From Candidatus Cloacimonadales bacterium (GTDB lineage: Bacteria; Cloacimonadota; Cloacimonadia; Cloacimonadales; JAFGVF01): 64,000 bases of DNA. Position numbers and translations under genes: made by a program. Location of the stretch: positions 864,001 through 928,000 of the forward strand of contig CAXXOU010000004.1 in assembly GCA_963677495.2 (NCBI GenBank), written 5' to 3'. Numbering within the stretch: position 1 is the first letter of the stretch; every line of letters starts with the position of its first letter. The notes under the pieces are model-generated. The model was not told where the DNA came from and did no database searches. It was given only the letters and a program-made list of their open reading frames with translations. This document shows positions 61,168 to 64,000 of this stretch, in pieces.

Positions 61168-62195
61168 TATAGTATCACCATTGCATCGCCATAACTAAAG
61201 AATCTGTATTCCATTTCGACAGCTTCTTTGTAAGCATTCATTACATTTTCGTAACCTGCGAATGCACTTACGAGCATGAGTAACGTAGATTCAGGCATAT
61301 GGAAGTTGGTAATCAAACCATCAATGATTTTGACTTCTTTGCCCGGATAAATAAAGATATCTGTCCAGTGTCCACCGGCAACGACACGGTTTCCTTCTGC
61401 AAAACTTTCCAATGTACGTGTAGATGTTGTACCTACAGCAATCACTCGTCTGCCTTCATCTTTCGCTTTATTGATTATATCAGCAGAAGTCTGAGGAATT
61501 TCACAATATTCTTTATGCATCGTATGCTCTTCAATGTTATCCGTTTTTACAGGTCTGAAAGTTCCAAGACTCACTCGTAGGTTAACTTCTGTGAGAATTA
61601 CACCTTTTGCTTTTATCTGTTCAAGTAACTCATCCGAAAAATGCAATCCTGCAGTTGGTGCAGCTACAGAACCCTTCTGATCTGCATAAACAGTTTGGTA
61701 GTTTTCTTTATCATCTTCATTGCTTTCTCTTAAGATATAGGGGGGAAGAGGTACTCTACCGTGATCTTCCAAAGCTTCCCAAAAGTCTCCATTGGAAGTA
61801 AATCTAACTATTCTGGAACCTTCATCACCATATCCGATAACTTCACCTGATAAGTTCTCATTGAATATTACTTTAGCTCCATTTTTAAGTCTTCTACCCG
61901 GTTTTACAAGGCATTCCCAATCTTGTCCCTCAATCTGGTGAAGCAGGAATACTTCTACTTGTGCACCGGTAGTTTTAGTACCTTTCAAACGAGCAGGGAT
62001 TACTTTAGTTGTATTGATAACAAGTATATCTCCTGCTTCAAGCAGGGATACAATGTTACTGAATTGATAATGGTTTCGCTTTCCTGTTTCTCGGTTGAGA
62101 TGTAGGAGCTTCGATTCTGTTCTATTTTCTAAAGGATACTGAGCAATCAGATGCTCAGGCAGTTTGTAGTAGTAACTACTTCTTTCTTTTAATGA
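61167..62195 (-). CDS. queA: tRNA preQ1 S-adenosylmethionine ribosyltransferase-isomerase
   Basis: LPEHLIAQ, PLPPYI, YQTVYA, AAPTAGLHF, TNFH, RFFSYGDAM; ATG 62195 (ORF track 62279). Confidence 0.96.
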   Translation of the reverse strand, partial: SLKERSSYYYKLPEHLIAQYPLENRTESKLLHLNRETGKRNHYQFSNIVSLLEAGDILVINTTKVIPARLKGTKTTGAQVEVFLLHQIEGQDWECLVKPGRRLKNGAKVIFNENLSGEVIGYGDEGSRIVRFTSNGDFWEALEDHGRVPLPPYILRESNEDDKENYQTVYADQKGSVAAPTAGLHFSDELLEQIKAKGVILTEVNLRVSLGTFRPVKTDNIEEHTMHKEYCEIPQTSADIINKAKDEGRRVIAVGTTSTRTLESFAEGNRVVAGGHWTDIFIYPGKEVKIIDGLITNFHMPESTLLMLVSAFAGYENVMNAYKEAVEMEYRFFSYGDAMVIL

Positions 62196-62925
62196 CATTT
62201 TTAGCGTTCCTGAGTATAGCTCTAAAAGAGCCGAATATAATTTTACTTTCGAGAAGTACGGGAATCTTTTCTTCATCATCCGTCAACCATATAAAAACAC
62301 GACCAGAGTTAGCGAAAATAGTCTCACCGTCTACAATTGGTTCTATCTTTAAGCATCGAACTTCTCCAAATATAGTATCTATTTTTTCGCGTTTATGACA
62401 AATAATCTTAATAGGTGCAGTTACACCATCAGCTGTCACAGTCAAACTTAGTGTATCTCCCGGAGCCATGTCCTGCTGCCTGGACCAGTAAAAGGCAGAA
62501 AACATATCATGTGTGTCAGCAGGAATCTCCAGATATTTCTCTTTCCATATTTTGTGTTTAAACTTCCATTTGCGGTACATAGTTAGCTTTTCGTCACGCA
62601 TGAATACATGAACCCTATGTTGACGATAATTTCCCTCTTTAAGCTTCTTTATGAACTCATGAGGTAATTTCGACTCAGGATCTATAATTGACTTAATCTC
62701 ATCCCTAACTTTAAATACTGAATCAAAGAAAGAATAAGTGTTAGTCTTAGCGGAAACTTGCACAGCAGTTGTGCTATCATAGCTAACACTATCAACAGCT
62801 AATACTGCTTTTGCTGCTTTAATGAATCCATATTTAATATCAAAAGTGAGTTTCTCTCCAACCTGATAGCTGAATAGTTGTGCTATTCCCAACAACCAAA
62901 CAATAAGGATTATTCCCTTTTTCAT
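62176..62925 (-). CDS. DUF3108-like exported protein
   Basis: Signal peptide, GEKL...YGFIKA, FKVRD, IWLTDD..KIPV. Confidence 0.7.
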   Translation of the reverse strand: MKKGIILIVWLLGIAQLFSYQVGEKLTFDIKYGFIKAAKAVLAVDSVSYDSTTAVQVSAKTNTYSFFDSVFKVRDEIKSIIDPESKLPHEFIKKLKEGNYRQHRVHVFMRDEKLTMYRKWKFKHKIWKEKYLEIPADTHDMFSAFYWSRQQDMAPGDTLSLTVTADGVTAPIKIICHKREKIDTIFGEVRCLKIEPIVDGETIFANSGRVFIWLTDDEEKIPVLLESKIIFGSFRAILRNAKNVIKRKK

Positions 62926-63669
62926 CTATAACTTACCACCTGTCACAAAAAATTCCTCTCCACTTATATAACTATTATTAGAGTCAGTTAAAAACTTGCA
63001 AATATGGTATATATCATTCCCTTCTGCAAGTCGTTTCTTAGGTATCTGCTCTAACTCTTTTGCATAGTATCTTTTTCTAAACTCTCTATACTCTTCACTA
63101 AAGTGAGAATCGTCTATCTTGATTGGTCCTGGTGAAACAGTATTTATTGTTATATCATAGGACTTGAGTTCTTGTGCTACACTACGTGTAAGATTAGCTA
63201 TAGCTGCTTTTGAAGCTGCATATGCTGTACCTTTCTTTAGGCCTATTCTACTAACATTGGAACCGAACAATACTATCCTTCCATAATTGTTTTGCTTTAG
63301 AACAGGCAAATATACTCTAAGAAGATTATAAGTTGAGAATAGGTTACATTGAACAACATTGTACCAAAGATCCGGTGTAGTATCTTCCAGATTACTGAAA
63401 TCACTACTTCGTATTGATGCAGTATGAACGATAATTTCAGGCACTTTGCCACTCATAACTTTTAGATTATCACAAGCTTTTTCAACGCAATCTAATTGTG
63501 TTAGGTCACACTGAACCATAAATACTCTATCTTTAAAAGATGTAAGCTCTTTAATGCGTTTGTCACTATTATGATAAAGTAGTTGAAGAGTATAGCCATC
63601 TTCTAAAAACTGCTTTGCCAGAAAGCTCCCAATGTTTCCATCTGCACCAGTAATTAAAATAGTTCTCAT
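62926..63669 (-). CDS. Short-chain dehydrogenase/reductase (FabG-like)
   Basis: ITGADGNIG, YAASK, NTVSPG. Confidence 0.88.
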   Translation of the reverse strand: MRTILITGADGNIGSFLAKQFLEDGYTLQLLYHNSDKRIKELTSFKDRVFMVQCDLTQLDCVEKACDNLKVMSGKVPEIIVHTASIRSSDFSNLEDTTPDLWYNVVQCNLFSTYNLLRVYLPVLKQNNYGRIVLFGSNVSRIGLKKGTAYAASKAAIANLTRSVAQELKSYDITINTVSPGPIKIDDSHFSEEYREFRKRYYAKELEQIPKKRLAEGNDIYHICKFLTDSNNSYISGEEFFVTGGKL

Positions 63670-64000
63670 TAATTCGACCCTATTACATCCAGTATAAAAT
63701 CAGCACAGTCTGATTTCAAGCCTTCAAACTTATGCTCAGAGTTCTTTGAAAGCATAATTACAGATGTTTCATTACTACCACTAACCCTGATATCATTAGC
63801 AACAACCCAATCAAGATTCTTTCTATCAAGTTTTATCTTTGCATTTTCAATAACGTTTTCTGATTCTGCAGCAAATCCTATTAAATACTGACCGATGAGC
63901 TTGTCACGATCCATGTTAGCAAGTATGTCAACAGTTCTTTCAAGCTTAAGATTCATATCATCTGACTTTTTAATCTTATTCTCAGCTTTATTCTTAGGGG
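63669..64000 (-). CDS. coaBC: CoaBC C-terminal part (truncated by window end)
   Basis: KIKK, DIL, LIGFAAES, AK.KL.RKNLD.VVAND; frame stays open to the window edge. Confidence 0.88.
   Translation of the reverse strand, partial: PKNKAENKIKKSDDMNLKLERTVDILANMDRDKLIGQYLIGFAAESENVIENAKIKLDRKNLDWVVANDIRVSGSNETSVIMLSKNSEHKFEGLKSDCADFILDVIGSN

Overview
AT-rich bacterial chromosomal window, most likely from an anaerobic Cloacimonadota-like organism (inferred from a Kce closely resembling the Cloacamonas enzyme as I recall it, and four secreted proteins with the YPNPF C-terminal sorting domain). Most of it is housekeeping (secDF, era, lon, mnmE, dxs, mutM, holA, uppP, queA, coaBC) and anaerobic metabolism (hutI, an xdh-ygeW purine cluster, kce, fprA/ferritin, ferredoxin, phnDCE). 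Accessory items are a DUF262+HEPN pair (candidate defence module), a stand-alone DUF3825 gene, a GxxExxY gene, and an IS200-like HUH transposase embedded in a five-unit array of mirror-image hairpin arms. The most unusual signal is non-coding: at least eight intergenic loci carry degenerate repeats at strict 11-bp spacing, arranged as inverted halves with locus-specific cores. Four of them share a fixed AAT...GAATT frame of 103 or 114 bp inside flanking inverted repeats. Also seen: a two-copy G-U-rich stem motif, a MocA-like gene that must start at ATT or by amber readthrough, and small ORFs upstream of phnD and secD. No rRNA, tRNA or CRISPR array was recognised. All protein calls are from motif recognition, not database searches.
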